Below are positions 1-14,178 of a stretch of DNA of 58,584 nt, in pieces. Position 1 is the first letter of the stretch; each line of letters opens with the position of its first letter. The position numbers and the translations under genes are program-made. The notes below the pieces were generated by a model that was not told where the DNA came from, ran no database searches, and saw only the letters and a program-made list of their open reading frames with translations. This DNA is from Octopus sinensis (Eukaryota): the NCBI RefSeq assembly GCF_006345805.1, contig NW_021832585.1:1-58584 (forward strand), read 5' to 3'.

Positions 1-516
1 ATGGAAACGATTAAGTACATGTAAGTCTTGTTAAAGACTTAAAGTGCAATTTCAAGATAAAGATAATATATTAAGACTTGAAGTGCAATTATAAGATAAA
101 GTTAATAATCATACATCAACATATGAGAAAATAACCTGTTTTCCTCTGTGTATATACATACACACAAACACGTATACACATCTTATCTTATTTGTACCTT
201 CAATAGTAGAGAGAATCGTAGGGTCTCTGATATGGTATACGTCGCCCCTATAAGCATTTTAACCCTGGTAGAGATCATTCTCTCCATATTTGGAAACTTC
301 AGATTTTCGAAGCTCCTTCTTTCTCATCAAGAGAGAGAGAAAGAGAGAAAGAGAGGGAGTGAGGGAGAGGAGGGAGGGAGGGAGGGGGAAAGAAAGATAT
401 AATAAGGAATTTGTAAAGAGATTAAAATAATCTACTTTAGCAATGTATGGATTCCGAAAAGATGAAAGGCAAAGTTCATCTCGGCTAAACTTGAATTCAG
501 TGCAGAGAGAGAGGAG

Positions 517-574
<58 letters not shown>

Positions 575-1833
575 GGAACGAATACCTGAGACATTCTGAC
601 GAATCACGCTTCTGTATGTTCTCGTTTGTTCCTAATTATTTGAGATCTTCCCTTGCTGGAAGGAGCTGGTTTCTAACAAAGATACAAAACTTCGTCGTCA
701 GAATGTAGATAACAAAACAATAACAAAAAAATTGTAATCTTAAACTTGAGTAAAGTCACACATATTTTTACTATTCCACTTACAAAGAATATTTGTAATG
801 TGTGAATAAGTCGGTTGATTTTCTTTTCCTGAGAACTTTAGCTTAACCAAATTGTTACCACGTATATAAGCATGTATGTGTGTGTATGTATGTATATATA
901 TATATACATATATATGTACATATATATATATATATGTATATATATACACACACACAGATATATGTATATATATATGTATATGTCTGTATACTTTCATGCA
1001 TACATACATAAACACAAGTATATATATATATATATACACACACATACACACATAATGCGTCTATATATCTATGTTGTTATATATGTATTAGTGTAACTGT
1101 GTATGTACCTATATGTCTATGAATATCCCTTCCCACTCTCTGTCCGTCTCTCTTTCTACACGCATACACATATATGCATACACGTATAAACACACACACA
1201 TACAACCACGCACCATCAGATATAATTGTAAGGCGATAAGAAACTCTCAAGCGAAGAAGCCCCCTCCCCACACACAGCGACTAGTTTCACAGTTCCGGTC
1301 CTCGGGCAACTGTTGATTTCGAACGTTGCAGTCTCTTTAGAGAAATGGCGAGAATTAAAAAGACAAATTTCAAATTTCTACTAAATACATACATATATAC
1401 ATGCATATATGTATACATACATGCATGCATGCATACATACATGCATACATACATGCATACATACATATATGCATACATGAATGCATCCGTAGATACATGC
1501 ATGCTTGCATGTATACATACTAACATAAATACATATATGCATACATACATATATACATACATGTATACATATATATGTGCATACATAGTACATGATACCT
1601 GCATACTTATATACACACACAAACATACATATACACACACAAACATACCTACATACATACACACATACATACATACATACATACATACATACATACATGT
1701 ATACATACATACTTACATATATACATGCATACGTACATATGTTCATACATACGTACGTACATATGTACATACATGCATGCTTATATACACACAAACGTAC
1801 ATGCATGTATACATACTAACATAGCTGTATATA

Positions 1834-1873
<40 letters not shown>

Positions 1874-2978
1874 TACATGCATACATATATACATACATGC
1901 ATACATACATACGTACATACACACATAGATACATACATGAATACATATATACACCCATACATGCATGCATACATACATACTTACATACACATATACATGT
2001 ATGTATACATGTATAGTGCATCCATCCACGAATCCATCAATTCACCCACCCACCCATCCATCCCTCCATCCATCAATCCATCAATCCATCCATCCATACA
2101 TACATCCATCCATGCATACATGCATACATACCTACATTCATACATACATACGTACGTACGTACATGCACACGCATACATACGCAAGCGTACACATACACA
2201 ACGTCGTTTTGAAGAAGTTAATTGAATAGCGTAACAGATCGAACGAACGAACGAACGGAAGAGATTGCTGAATAAATAGCAAAGAATCATTATGAATTAT
2301 AAAAAAAACATATATAAAAAAAGACAATCAATAAAGTAATCAATGATAAAAGTTAAAAAAAAGGAAAAAAAAAAGAACTATAAATAAATAATAGATAAAT
2401 AAAATTAAGTGTAAAGCGTTTATCTCTGAAGGGGTTTACAGAGATAAAAAAATATTGAGGACGAAAATCTGTTTTCTTTTCCTTTTCGTAGAATAATTCC
2501 ATAAAGGTACATTGAACCTTCACTTAAAGCAGTTCTTGTCTATAAAAAAACCAAAATCCCCCCAAAACTAATGTTGAATAAGTAAAGGCGCAGGCGTGGC
2601 TGTGTGGTATGAAGTTTGCTTCCCAACCACAAGGCTTCCGGGTTCAGTACCACTGCGTGATACCTCGAGACAAGAGTTTTCTAGTTTAGCTTCGGGTCGA
2701 CCAAAAAAACACACACCAACATCGGTTGTCAAGCGATGGTGGTGCTGGAACAAACACAGAAACAAACACACACACACACACACACACATAAGCACGACGA
2801 GTTTCTTTCAGTTTCCGTCTACGAAATCCATTCACAAGGCTTTGGTCGGCCCAAGGCTACAGTAGATGGCATTTGTCCAAGGTACCATGGAGTGGAGCTA
2901 ACCTGGAACCATGTCTTTGGGAAGCAAGTTTCTTACCACATAGCCTCTTCTGCGCCTATATATATATATATATTATAT

Positions 2979-3015
<37 letters not shown>

Positions 3016-3039
3016 TTATATATATATATATATATATAT

Positions 3040-3074
<35 letters not shown>

Positions 3075-3163
3075 TATATATATCTATATCTATCTATATA
3101 TATATATATAGATATATATATATATATAATATATATATATGTTTATATATATATCTATATCTA

Positions 3164-3208
<45 letters not shown>

Positions 3209-3365
3209 ATGAATATTTAAGAAGGTGAATGAATTATCCTAGTATGGATAATTCGGTTAACCGATACCTGGGTACCAAATTCACGTCAGAAAACACGGTT
3301 GAAGCTATATGCTAAGGGCAGGGATCCCGTGTTCTCGTGTGTAAATTTGTGTGTTTTTTTAACTA

Positions 3366-3407
<42 letters not shown>

Positions 3408-5237
3408 ATATATAATACAGGGGTTTGCTGAAAAGTTCCTAGTTTGAAAGGTATCGCAAAATGCCTGATTTGGAGGCCCAACCCTCCGAGTTCTTTTACA
3501 GGGTTTAGAAAATCTCACGGACTGGTTCATTAAGTTTGTGAATCTGAGAGGGGAATTTTTGAACAAAATCATAATTAAACCTTCCCTTTTTTTTGTACGT
3601 CACATAGGTGAAAGGTAAAACTGATCTTGGTGGAATTGGAACGCACAACGTAAAGAATCGACATAAAACCAGTTCTTTTGTCGAATACGTGAGCGATTTT
3701 CGCAATCCACTTCTTTTCTGATATATTTTTGTGTTGTAAAAGTCTAAATCCCGGGACCTTTAGTAACGGTATTTAACGTTCTTGGTTCAAATCCTACCCC
3801 GTACTGGATGGTTATTTTTTTTTATTCGTCAGGTGTGAACGCTGACGTAACCAGCACCGACAAGCATGGAGGGTAAATCGGTCGACCACATTTCTTTCCA
3901 ACATATATGAGGCTTGGTGCCAATGTAAAAAAAAAAAAAAATTATCTCCCCGAGTGTTATACGAACCTATATTTTACAGGACAACGTATGTGTGTATGGG
4001 GACGTGTTTATTATTAGAGAAGAGATATAGATTCAAGACTGGGGGAGAGTTTGGTGAACCGAACGAACTTGGAGTTCACAGTTCTAAACACAACATCAAT
4101 CGTACCGAATTCACATCAACTTCCCACTAACTCGCCGTGTGATATTCTACTCTACAGATGTTGGGGGTTATCGCTCATCATGTTTAATCTCTTACACATT
4201 AATCAGTCGGAATTTTCGTTTCGCTTCCCAAAGAACAGATGCTGTTTGAAAATTCAATTTTGGTTGACTCGGAATTCTTCACTTTGGCCTCGAAAATTCT
4301 TTGACCTCTACAAAACTGCTAAATCTTAATTAAAAGTGTAACGTGTACACCTTAACATAGATAAATAACATTTATCTATTTGTCAGGTTGGTGGTTGGGG
4401 AGGTGACTGGAGCAGTATGCTGACGCAATGAGTGTTTGATTTCTTTTACTATAAGTTCCATATGGAGGCGCAATGGCCCAGTGGTTAAGGCAGCGGACTA
4501 GCGGTCGGAGGATCGCGGTTTCGATTCCCAGACCGGGCGTTGTGTGTGTTTATTGAACGAAAACACCTAAAGCTTCACGAGGCTCCGGCAGGGGGTGGTG
4601 GCGACCCCTGCTGTACTCTTTCACCCCAACTGTCTCTCACTCTTTCTTCCTGTTTTTTGGGTAGCGCTGTGATGGACTGGCGTCCCGTCCAGCTGGGGAG
4701 GAACATAAACGCCACAGAAACCGGGCCCATGGCTAGGCGCATAAGTAAAAAAAAGTTCTATATATCACTGTGCTGGGTTCAAATCTATATAAAACCAAAG
4801 TTGTCTTTATTCTTTTTTTTCGTCTGTAAATGTGCGAGAGCTTCTTTATAATAAATATCAACACCAGAGCTGTTTCTATCGATTTTAGCCTGGAAGTTAC
4901 AAAGAAAATAAATGTATTCATAACAAGTAAAATAAATGTCTTCATACCATGTAAAAAGCGATGTGTTTATGGCAAAGGCAACATACATTCGATGGCTTAT
5001 TCACCTTGATACAAATAGGTGTCATGATTATGTAACTCTCACTGGATCAAGAGTGTTGTGTAACTAACGAATGTTTCGTTCGCTCTTTCGAATGTATTTA
5101 TATACCTTAAGTGTAAAAGGTATGATAGGAAGACGCTGAAATACTGATTTCACATTTTGGCAAAAGGCCAGCAATTTGAGGGAAGGGGGAAAGTTGATTA
5201 CATCGACCCTAGTGCTCAAATGGTTCTTATTTTATCG

Positions 5238-5610
5238 GTGGAGGCGCAATGGCCCAGTGATTAGGGCAGCAGACTCGCGGTCATAGGATCGCGGTTTCGA
5301 TTCCCAGACCGGGCGTTGTGAGTGTTTATTGAGCGAAAACACCTAAAAGCTCCACGAGGCTCCGGCAGGGGATGGTGGTGATCCCTGCTGTACTCTTTCA
5401 CCACAACTTTCTCTCACTCTTACTTCCTGTTTCTCTTGTACCTGTATTTCAAAGGGCCGACCTTGTCACTCTCTGTGTCACGCTGAATATCCCCGAGAAC
5501 TACGTTAAGGGTGCTCAGCCACTTACACGTTAATTTCACGAGCAGGCTGTTCCGTTGATTCGGATCAACCGGAACCCTCATCGTCGTAACCGACGGAGTG
5601 CTTCCAAACA
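5238..5610 (+). mobile_element. SINE family A (tRNA-derived), nested in a SINE-C copy
   Basis: A box TGGCCCAGTG and B box GTTTCGATTCC. 9-bp TSD attttatcg at 5229-5237 and 5611-5619. Confidence 0.88.
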
Positions 5611-6278
5611 ATTTTATCGATCCCAAAAAGGAAAAAAAGGCAAAGTCAACCTCATCGGAATTTGAACTCAGAACGTAAAGACGGACGAAATGTTGCTACC
5701 ATATTTCTCGGCGCGGTAACGATTCTTCCAGCTCACTGCCTTAAGATGTTGAAATATTAAACATCAGACAAGAACCCTTGGTTATCTCCTCTTTGGTTTG
5801 CCATTGGTACTTTAGAATCTCTTTTTTTTTCCTGATTATATACCGCACTAAAGTGTCTCCTATCATATGATGTCGGGTAACTTAAGAAGTATGCTTTCGC
5901 CAACAATGCGTACTATCAGGAAATATGGCGTATATACAATAATTATGATTCGACTTTTATCAAATCTCTAGGTGCTTATACAAAATGATGGAATGAACGC
6001 TAATTTTCCACATCCACTAAAAAAATTATTTTCTTAAAATAAAATTAAACAAAACAAAATTTCTCATTTGTATATTTGAAATATATAAGCGTCATTATTT
6101 TCCTAAATGTTATCACTATAATCACAATCTGCTCTTTTGTGAATTTATCTCCGCAAAATTGCATTTAAAAAGAATAAGACGAATGTGTAATTTTTTCAGA
6201 AAATTAGACGTTCATCTTAGTCTTATGTTAATTCTCTCTACATTTTCCTCCGTCACTCTTTATACAAAGCATGTGGAA

Positions 6279-8536
6279 GCACTCCGTCGGTTACGACGAC
6301 GAGGGTTCCGGTTGATCCGAATCAACGGAACAGCCTGCTCGTGAAATTAACGTGTAAGTGGCTGAGCACTCCACAGACACGTGTACCCTTAACGTATTGG
6401 TACTTATTTTATCGATACCATGATGATGAAAGGCAAAGTCGACTTCGGCGGAATTTGAACTCAGAACTTAAAAACGGGCGAAATGCCGTTAATAATTTTA
6501 CCCGGTGTGCTAACGATTCTTCCAGCTCGTCGCCTTTTTGATAGCAATAATAATCGTCGTGGCACTCCGTCGGTTACGACGACGAGGGTTCCAGTTGATC
6601 CGAATCAACGGAACAGCCTGCTCGTGAAATTAACGTGTAAGTGGCTGAGCACTCCACAGACACGTGTACCCTTAACGTATTGGTACTTATTTTATCGATA
6701 CCATGATGATGAAAGGCAAAGTCGACTTCGGCGGAATTTGAACTCAGAACTTAAAAACGGGCGAAATGCCGTTAATCATTTTACCCGGTGTGCTAACGAT
6801 TCTTCCAGCTCGTCGCCTTTTTGATAGCAATAATAATCGTCGTGGCACTCCGTCGGTTACGACGACGAGGGTTCCAGTTGATCCGAATCAACGGAACAGC
6901 CTGCTCGTGAAATTAACGTGTAAGTGGCTGAGCACTCCACAGACACGTGTACCCTTAACGTATTGGTACTTATTTTATCGATACCATGATGATGAAAGGC
7001 AAAGTCGACTTCGGCGGAATTTGAACTCAGAACTTAAAAACGGGCGAAATGCCGTTAATAATTTTACCCGGTGTGCTAACGATTCTTCCAGCTCGTCGCC
7101 TTTTTGATAGCAATAATAATCGTCGTGGCACTCCGTCGGTTACGACGACGAGGGTTCCAGTTGATCCGAATCAACGGAACAGCCTGCTCGTGAAATTAAC
7201 GTGTAAGTGGCTGAGCACTCCACAGACACGTGTACCCTTAACGTATTGGTACTTATTTTATCGATACCATGATGATGAAAGGCAAAGTCGACTTCGGCGG
7301 AATTTGAACTCAGAACTTAAAAACGGGCGAAATGCCGTTAATCATTTTACCCGGTGTGCTAACGATTCTTCCAGCTCGTCGCCTTTTTGATAGCAATAAT
7401 AATCGTCGTGGCACTCCGTCGGTTACGACGACGAGGGTTCCAGTTGATCCGAATCAACGGAACAGCCTGCTCGTGAAATTAACGTGTAAGTGGCTGAGCA
7501 CTCCACAGACACGTGTACCCTTAACGTATTGGTACTTATTTTATCGATACCATGATGATGAAAGGCAAAGTCGACTTCGGCGGAATTTGAACTCAGAACT
7601 TAAAAACGGGCGAAATGCCGTTAATAATTTTACCCGGTTGTGCTAACGATTCTTCCAGCTCGTCGCCTTTTTGATAGCAATAATAATCGTCGTGGCACTC
7701 CGTCGGTTACGACGACGAGGGTTCCAGTTGATCCGAATCAACGGAACAGCCTGCTCGTGAAATTAACGTGTAAGTGGCTGAGCACTCCACAGACACGTGT
7801 ACCCTTAACGTATTGGTACTTATTTTATCGATACCATGATGATGAAGGCAAAGTCGACTTCGGCGGAATTTGAACTCAGAACTTAAAAACGGGCGAAATG
7901 CCGTTAATCATTTTACCCGGTGTGCTAACGATTCTTCCAGCTCGTCGCCTTTTTGATAGCAATAATAATCGTCGTGGCACTCCGTCGGTTACGACGACGA
8001 GGGTTCCAGTTGATCCGAATCAACGGAACAGCCTGCTCGTGAAATTAACGTGTAAGTGGCTGAGCACTCCACAGACACGTGTACCCTTAACGTATTGGTA
8101 CTTATTTTATCGATACCATGATGATGAAGGGCAAAGTCGACTTCGGCGGAATTTGAACTCAGAACTTAAAAACGGGCGAAATGCCGTTAATAATTTTACC
8201 CGGTGTGCTAACGATTCTTCCAGCTCGTCGCCTTTTTGATAGCAATAATAATCGTCGTAGCACTCCGTCGGTTACGACGACGAGGGTTCCAGTTGATCCG
8301 AATCAACGGAACAGCCTGCTCGTGAAATTAACGTGTAAGTGGCTGAGCACTCCACAGACACGTGTATCCTTAACGTAGTTCTCGGGGATATTCAGCGTGA
8401 CACAGAGAGTGACAAGGCCGGCCCTTTGAAATACAGGTACAACAGAAACAGGAAGTAAGAGTGAGAGAAAGTTGTGGTGAAAGAGTACAGCAGGGATCAC
8501 CACCATCTCTGCCGGAGCCTCGTGGAGCTTTTAGGT
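6279..8536 (-). repeat. Tandem array of seven 283-bp chimeric SINE units embedded in a SINE-A copy
   Basis: The motif gcactccgtcggttacg recurs at 6279, 6562 ... 8260 (7 x 283). On the minus strand each unit is a SINE-C head/core plus a SINE-A 3' tail. The last unit continues into the SINE-A body. Confidence 0.95.
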
Positions 8537-9577
8537 AGCAAAGCGTGACAGGAGAAAGGAAGGAATGAAGGAAGGAAGGAAGGACGGAACCAACCAACCA
8601 GCATTTATTATCGTTATCTTCTAATGTTTCAGTCATTCGAATGCGGCCATGCTGGGGGACCGCCTAGACGGGTTTAGTCGAATAAATCAACCCGAGTACT
8701 TACGCTTTTAAAGCCAGTATTTAATCTGTCGGAGTCTTTTGCCGAACCGCTAAGTTACGGACAATATTGTTGCTGTTGTTGATATTGTTGTTACCGTTAT
8801 TGTTGCGGTTACTAAGGCGTCGAGCTGGCAGCATCGTTAGCACACATGGCAGAATGCTGAGCGGTATTTCGTCTGCCTCTATGTTCTGAGCTCAAATTCC
8901 GCCGGGGTCAACTTTTCCTTTTATCATTTCGGGGTCGTTAGAATGGGTACCGGGGTCGATAGATTCGACTTGTCCCCCTCCCTAAATTGCTGGTCTTGTG
9001 CCAAAATTTAAACCCATTAATATTGGTGTTGTTGTTGTGTTTTTAGCCCCAAACCTTAACAGAACGACCCTATACTCATATGAATTCCAGCTGTTATTTG
9101 TAAGGGTCTTTAGGATTACATTATCTAATATGTTCTTATCCCCGTTTTAAAGGACGCCATCGAACGGCTGTGTGGTAAGAAGTTTGTTTCCCAGCCACAT
9201 GGTCCCGAGTTCAGTCCCATTGCGTGGCACCTTGGGCAAGTGGCTTCTACTAGAGCTTCAAGCTAACCTAAGCCTTGTGAGTGGATTTGGCAGACGGAAA
9301 GTGAAAGAAGCCCGTCGTATATATGTATGTATATATATATATGCGTCTCACACACACATACACACACGCACACGTACACACTCACACATACATACACATT
9401 ATCTTTCCTATTCATCGAGTTGTTACCAACCTTCCTTTCTCCGCTCTTTTGTCTTTAAAAACTAGCCCCCGTTATCCAAAACTTCCGGCCTTTCAGCATG
9501 TTTACTTCGTAAAAACCAGTCGCGTTTTTTTCCCTCCGTTCGCCCACCTCGGGATCTTTCTTTCTTCCTTCTCTTAT

Positions 9578-9612
9578 GTTTCCGACGAAGAGCTCCGCTC
9601 GAAACGTCATAC
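9578..9612 (+). ncRNA. Minimal hammerhead (family F1, CCGACGA core) in a Penelope-type terminal fragment ending at (TA)n (~9545-9703)
   Basis: GTTT-CCGACGA-A-GAGC-tcc-GCTC-GAAA-CG-TC|ATAC. Same family as 40610-40645 and 39204-39239. Confidence 0.6.
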
Positions 9613-9702
9613 CCTCCTTCTTCCCTCTTTCCTGAGCGCCTAATAATAATACTTTAATTGTTCCACGTGTTGTTGTTTTTTCTGTTTTCCCGTTTGGATT
9701 AA

Positions 9703-9751
<49 letters not shown>

Positions 9752-10498
9752 GCACACACGCACATGCACACACGCACATGCACACACGCACATACACACA
9801 CGCACATGCACACACACACAGAGTCTTACATACCACATGTACATAAACACATAGACGCGCACACGCAACTGGTACTTAATTTGTCGATCCCGAAATGATA
9901 AATTTAGCGAGCTGGCAGAGTCGTTAGCACGTTGGGAAAAAAAATCCTCAGCAGCATTTCGTCCGTCTTCACGTTCTGAGTTCAAATTCCGCCTGGGTCA
10001 GTTTTAACTTTTACGCATTTGGGGTTGAAAAAACAAGTACTACTTGAGCACTGAGGTCGATATAATCGATTTAGCCCCTCTTCCCAAATTGCTGGGCTTG
10101 TATCAAAATTTAAAACCAATGTATAACTGGTATTTATTATATTGCAGCTAACTCTCACCACACGCTATTGATAAAAGCCAACATCTACCCCAACATAGCC
10201 AGACACCAAAGAATGTTTTGTTCAACTTTCTGCCAATCTTGTCAGCAGTCACAATTTTTTTGATTTAATATCAAGAAAGTTAATTTCAGCAAAAAAAAAC
10301 TTTATTTCCGGCAATTTCAATTAGTTATATTTTATTTTTATAAGTGAGGTGATTAATTTACAGAGAAATTGCGACTAATTAAAGAAATTTTGTTGAGCTG
10401 CAGATTTTAGATTATTAGTAATATTGTTTTTATTATTGTTATTATTATTATTAATATTATTGTTATTATTATTATTATTATTATTATTGTTTTTATTA

Positions 10499-10590
<92 letters not shown>

Positions 10591-10953
10591 GTTATTATTA
10601 TTAATATTATTGTTATTATTATTCATATTATTGTTATTATCGTCATCACCATCGTCGTCGTCGTCGTCGCCATCATCATCATCATCATCCTCATTAATAT
10701 CATCATCATCATTGTTATTGAGTGAGAGAGCAGTGCATGCCATCAAAGTGACACTGGGGTACAAATATAAAATGCCCGGTGTATCCATCATGATTACCCG
10801 ACTCATAAGGGTACGCTAGGCACATGCATCACAATCATATGGGCGTGGCATGGTGATCTCATATGAAGATAAACATCGCATGACTTTGCAGCTGGGACCT
10901 AGTTAGAATTTTTCTTCAGGTTGAGTAGCCCATCCCGCTCAAAAGGTTTCTAA

Positions 10954-10999
10954 AAAACTGTTACTCAGAGTTTCACGTTCCCGTTCGCCGGACAGTTTT
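10954..10999 (-). ncRNA. Hammerhead-like motif with degenerate core
   Basis: Reverse complement reads AAAACTGT-CCGGCGA-ACG-ggaa-CGT-GAAA-CTCTGAG-TA|ACAGTTTT. The 8-bp stem I is perfect and the triplet is GUA, but the core differs from CUGANGA at positions 4 and 6. Confidence 0.6.
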
Positions 11000-11270
11000 G
11001 TTAAAATCTAATCTATGAGTAGCAGTTTTTGTGATATTTCTGCTGCTTTTCAATAAAGCATATTACTCACCTGTGGTATTTGAGTACTCTTTTTTCCACC
11101 TTGTATCACATTTACGTGCTTACTCCGGTATATATATATATATATATATATATAAATATGTTCATTCCCACTGCGTGGCACCTTGTGCCAGTGTCTTCTA
11201 CTATAGCCTCGGGCCGACCAAAGCCTTGTGAGTGGATTTGGTAGACGGAAACTGAAAGAAGCCCGTCGTA

Positions 11271-11348
<78 letters not shown>

Positions 11349-12409
11349 GCCGTGTGTAAATGTGTGTCTGTGTTTGTCCCCCTAGCATTGCTTGACAACC
11401 GATGCTGGTGTGTTTATATCCCCGTTACCTAGTGGTTCGGCAAAAGAGACCGATAGAATAAGTACTGGGCTTACAAAAGAATAAGTCTCGGGGTCGATTT
11501 GCTCGATTAAAGGTGGTGCTCCAGCATGGCCGCAGTCAAATGACTGAAACAAGTAAAAAAATATATATAGTTATATTATATTCGCCCTGTGCTATCCAGT
11601 AGTAATATTATAGGTACTTTGAGATTTGCGTTTGGGTTTCTGTAACATGTGAGTGAATAATTGAACAAGTTGGAGTTACCAAGAAGGAATGCGGTTGGAC
11701 AATTGTTTCTATGCAACGCAATACTCCAGGCTTGCAGGTAGTTAGTTATGTAAACGAATTCCTGCATTATGAGATCTAGTTGTGTTTCCTCAGGCGATAA
11801 TGAAATTTTGTCTCCGTAGGTTCAAATTCTCTGCTTCAAGAGCATCCTATCTGTCTGTCGTTGTCTGGAGTTAGTAGTAGCCACTGAGTGTATCAAGTGA
11901 TGTGTTGTTACTGAAGGTCCGTTGGAAAAGGAGGAAACACAACTAGATCTCATAATGCCAGGAAACAGGTACATAACCAAATACCTGCAAGTCTGGACAA
12001 CTTCATTGCGTAGAAACAATTGTAGTGCAAATAAATGTCCAACTGTACGCCTTCTTGGTGACTCCAGCTTATTCAATTTTATATATTTTATATATATATA
12101 TATATCACCGTGATCACCGTGACCGACCAGGCTACCAGATGTTGTTACATATCGCTAGTCACAATGCTCTTCGCATTGTTTTAGCCTTCAAATGACGCCA
12201 CCCCGCTGGCTAAGCGAGCAGGCCAACAGAAGAAAGAATGAAAGAAAGTTGTGGCGAAAGAGTACAGCAGGGATCGCCCCCCCCCTGCCGGAGCCTCGTG
12301 GAGCTTTAGGTGTTTTCGCTCAATAAACACTGACAACGCCTGGTCTGGAAATCAAAACCGCGATCCTACGATGCGAGTCCGCTGCCCTAACCACTGGGCC
12401 ATTGCGCCT

Positions 12410-12452
<43 letters not shown>

Positions 12453-12696
12453 ATATATATACTGTATGTGTGGTATGTGTGTATCCTTCTATTTGCGCTT
12501 GCTCCCCACCTCCACTTGACAACTGGTGGTTGGTTTGTTTACGTCCCTGAAATCCAGTGGCTCGGCAAAAGTGATCGATAGAGTAAGTACTCGCCTTAGA
12601 AAAAAACAAATATCGGGGTAAATTCATTTGACTAAAAACCCTTTCGAGGTGATGCCCCAGTATGGCTGTGGTTAATGACCCAAGCAGGTAAAAGAT

Positions 12697-12736
<40 letters not shown>

Positions 12737-13135
12737 ACACATACGCATTAAATATACGCGTGTACGACTGATTGTTATGTCTGTGTTCTGAACGGTAGTT
12801 TTATTAATGGCATTTCACAACGGCAAATTAATTGTGTTAATTGAATTTCAGAACGTATCTGTAAAGTCATAAATCTCGCTGAGGAATTCAGAGTTTTATG
12901 CAACCCCGCCACAAAAAACAACCCCCGCCAAAAAAAAAATCAAAAACAAAAAAAAACCCAAAGAACAAAAGAACAAAAGAGAACTGTCTAATTTGTATTC
13001 CCTGGGAAAACGGAAACCGCATAATTTTAAGGGTTTCTTCCTCCAAAGAAACGTTTTAAATCTGCGACAATTTCTTACGTCAGGACTAAATGGAAATTTC
13101 CATCCAACTGCAACGTTTTGTTTAGTTCACCGGAT

Positions 13136-13222
<87 letters not shown>

Positions 13223-13638
13223 CATTATTATTATTAATAATAGAAAGCCACAAAAGAGTCGGCTTGCTGGCAGGATGGAGTTAGTATTAGTTATTAGGAA
13301 GACAATGGACATTTTTTTTCCTTGTATATTTATTAACAATGCCAGTCAAATCGCCCAGTTTACTCTACAGTAATTCCAGCAAATTAAATGGTAAATATGA
13401 TGAAAGCGTACAAGAGTAATTGCTATGTCAGAGATAAAAGGTTTCGCTTAATTCTATTATGAATTCCCTTTCACTGAAAGGAGTAGGTCGATTTTAGATA
13501 TTAAAATAAATAGAAACGAAAATAAAAGAAAGCAAAAGAAAATTATATAACTGCTTAAAAATTGTTGAGTAATTATGGCGACAGTCGATTCATTGGTTTC
13601 CGAAGAACAAAATTGCAGATTTCAAATATAGCTGCTTG

Positions 13639-13721
<83 letters not shown>

Positions 13722-13789
13722 TGATGATGATGATGATGATGATGATAATAATGATAATAATAATAATAATGATGATAATAATAATAATG

Positions 13790-13857
<68 letters not shown>

Positions 13858-13860
13858 AAT

Positions 13861-14178
13861 AGGAAAAGATCAATATGAGAGCTATAGAAAAAATAGTAGA
13901 GTACCAAGACCTTGTCGCTGAATTACAGGGACTATGGAAAGAGCGGGTAAAATGTATCCCTATAGATATAGGTGCATTGGGAACTATCCTTAAAGATCTG
14001 AACAGATAGAGAGAGGAAATGGTATAAAACCCAGTTTAGTACAGCACCAGAGACAAGCGTTATTAGGGACAGGTAGGATACTTAGGAGGGTTCTTGGCTT
14101 CTAAGGTTACTTGTTGTAACCCGATGTTAGGATTTTTTCTTTTCCAACAGTCTCATCTGTTGTGTGTATATGAATAAT
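13861..14178 (+). mobile_element. R4/Dong-like non-LTR retrotransposon 3' end (restriction-like endonuclease), decayed
   Basis: Translates EKIVEYQDLVAELQGLWKERVKCIPIDIGALGTI...QALLGTGRILRRVL, with a stop and a frameshift. It is preceded by (AAT)n and ends ...tgtgtatatgaataat. Confidence 0.8.

Noticed and set aside
591-706. 12-bp inverted repeat containing CTGACGA
   Set aside because: No correctly spaced stem II-GAAA-stem III on either strand; compatible with chance.
3832-3871. Possible 40-nt micro-exon (strong acceptor, GTAAAT donor; VNADVTSTDKHG)
   Set aside because: No recognisable motif, and it cannot be linked to the ADAMTS exons without RNA data.
4388-4432. VGGWGGDWSS, resembling the start of a TSP1 repeat after an AG
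   Set aside because: There is no following Cys or CSxTCG motif, an in-frame stop follows, and the polypyrimidine tract is weak.
6341-8378. Repeated 113-aa ORF, or a CRISPR-like array
   Set aside because: The ORFs are antisense translations of SINE pieces. The units have no unique spacers and there are no cas genes in this eukaryotic context.
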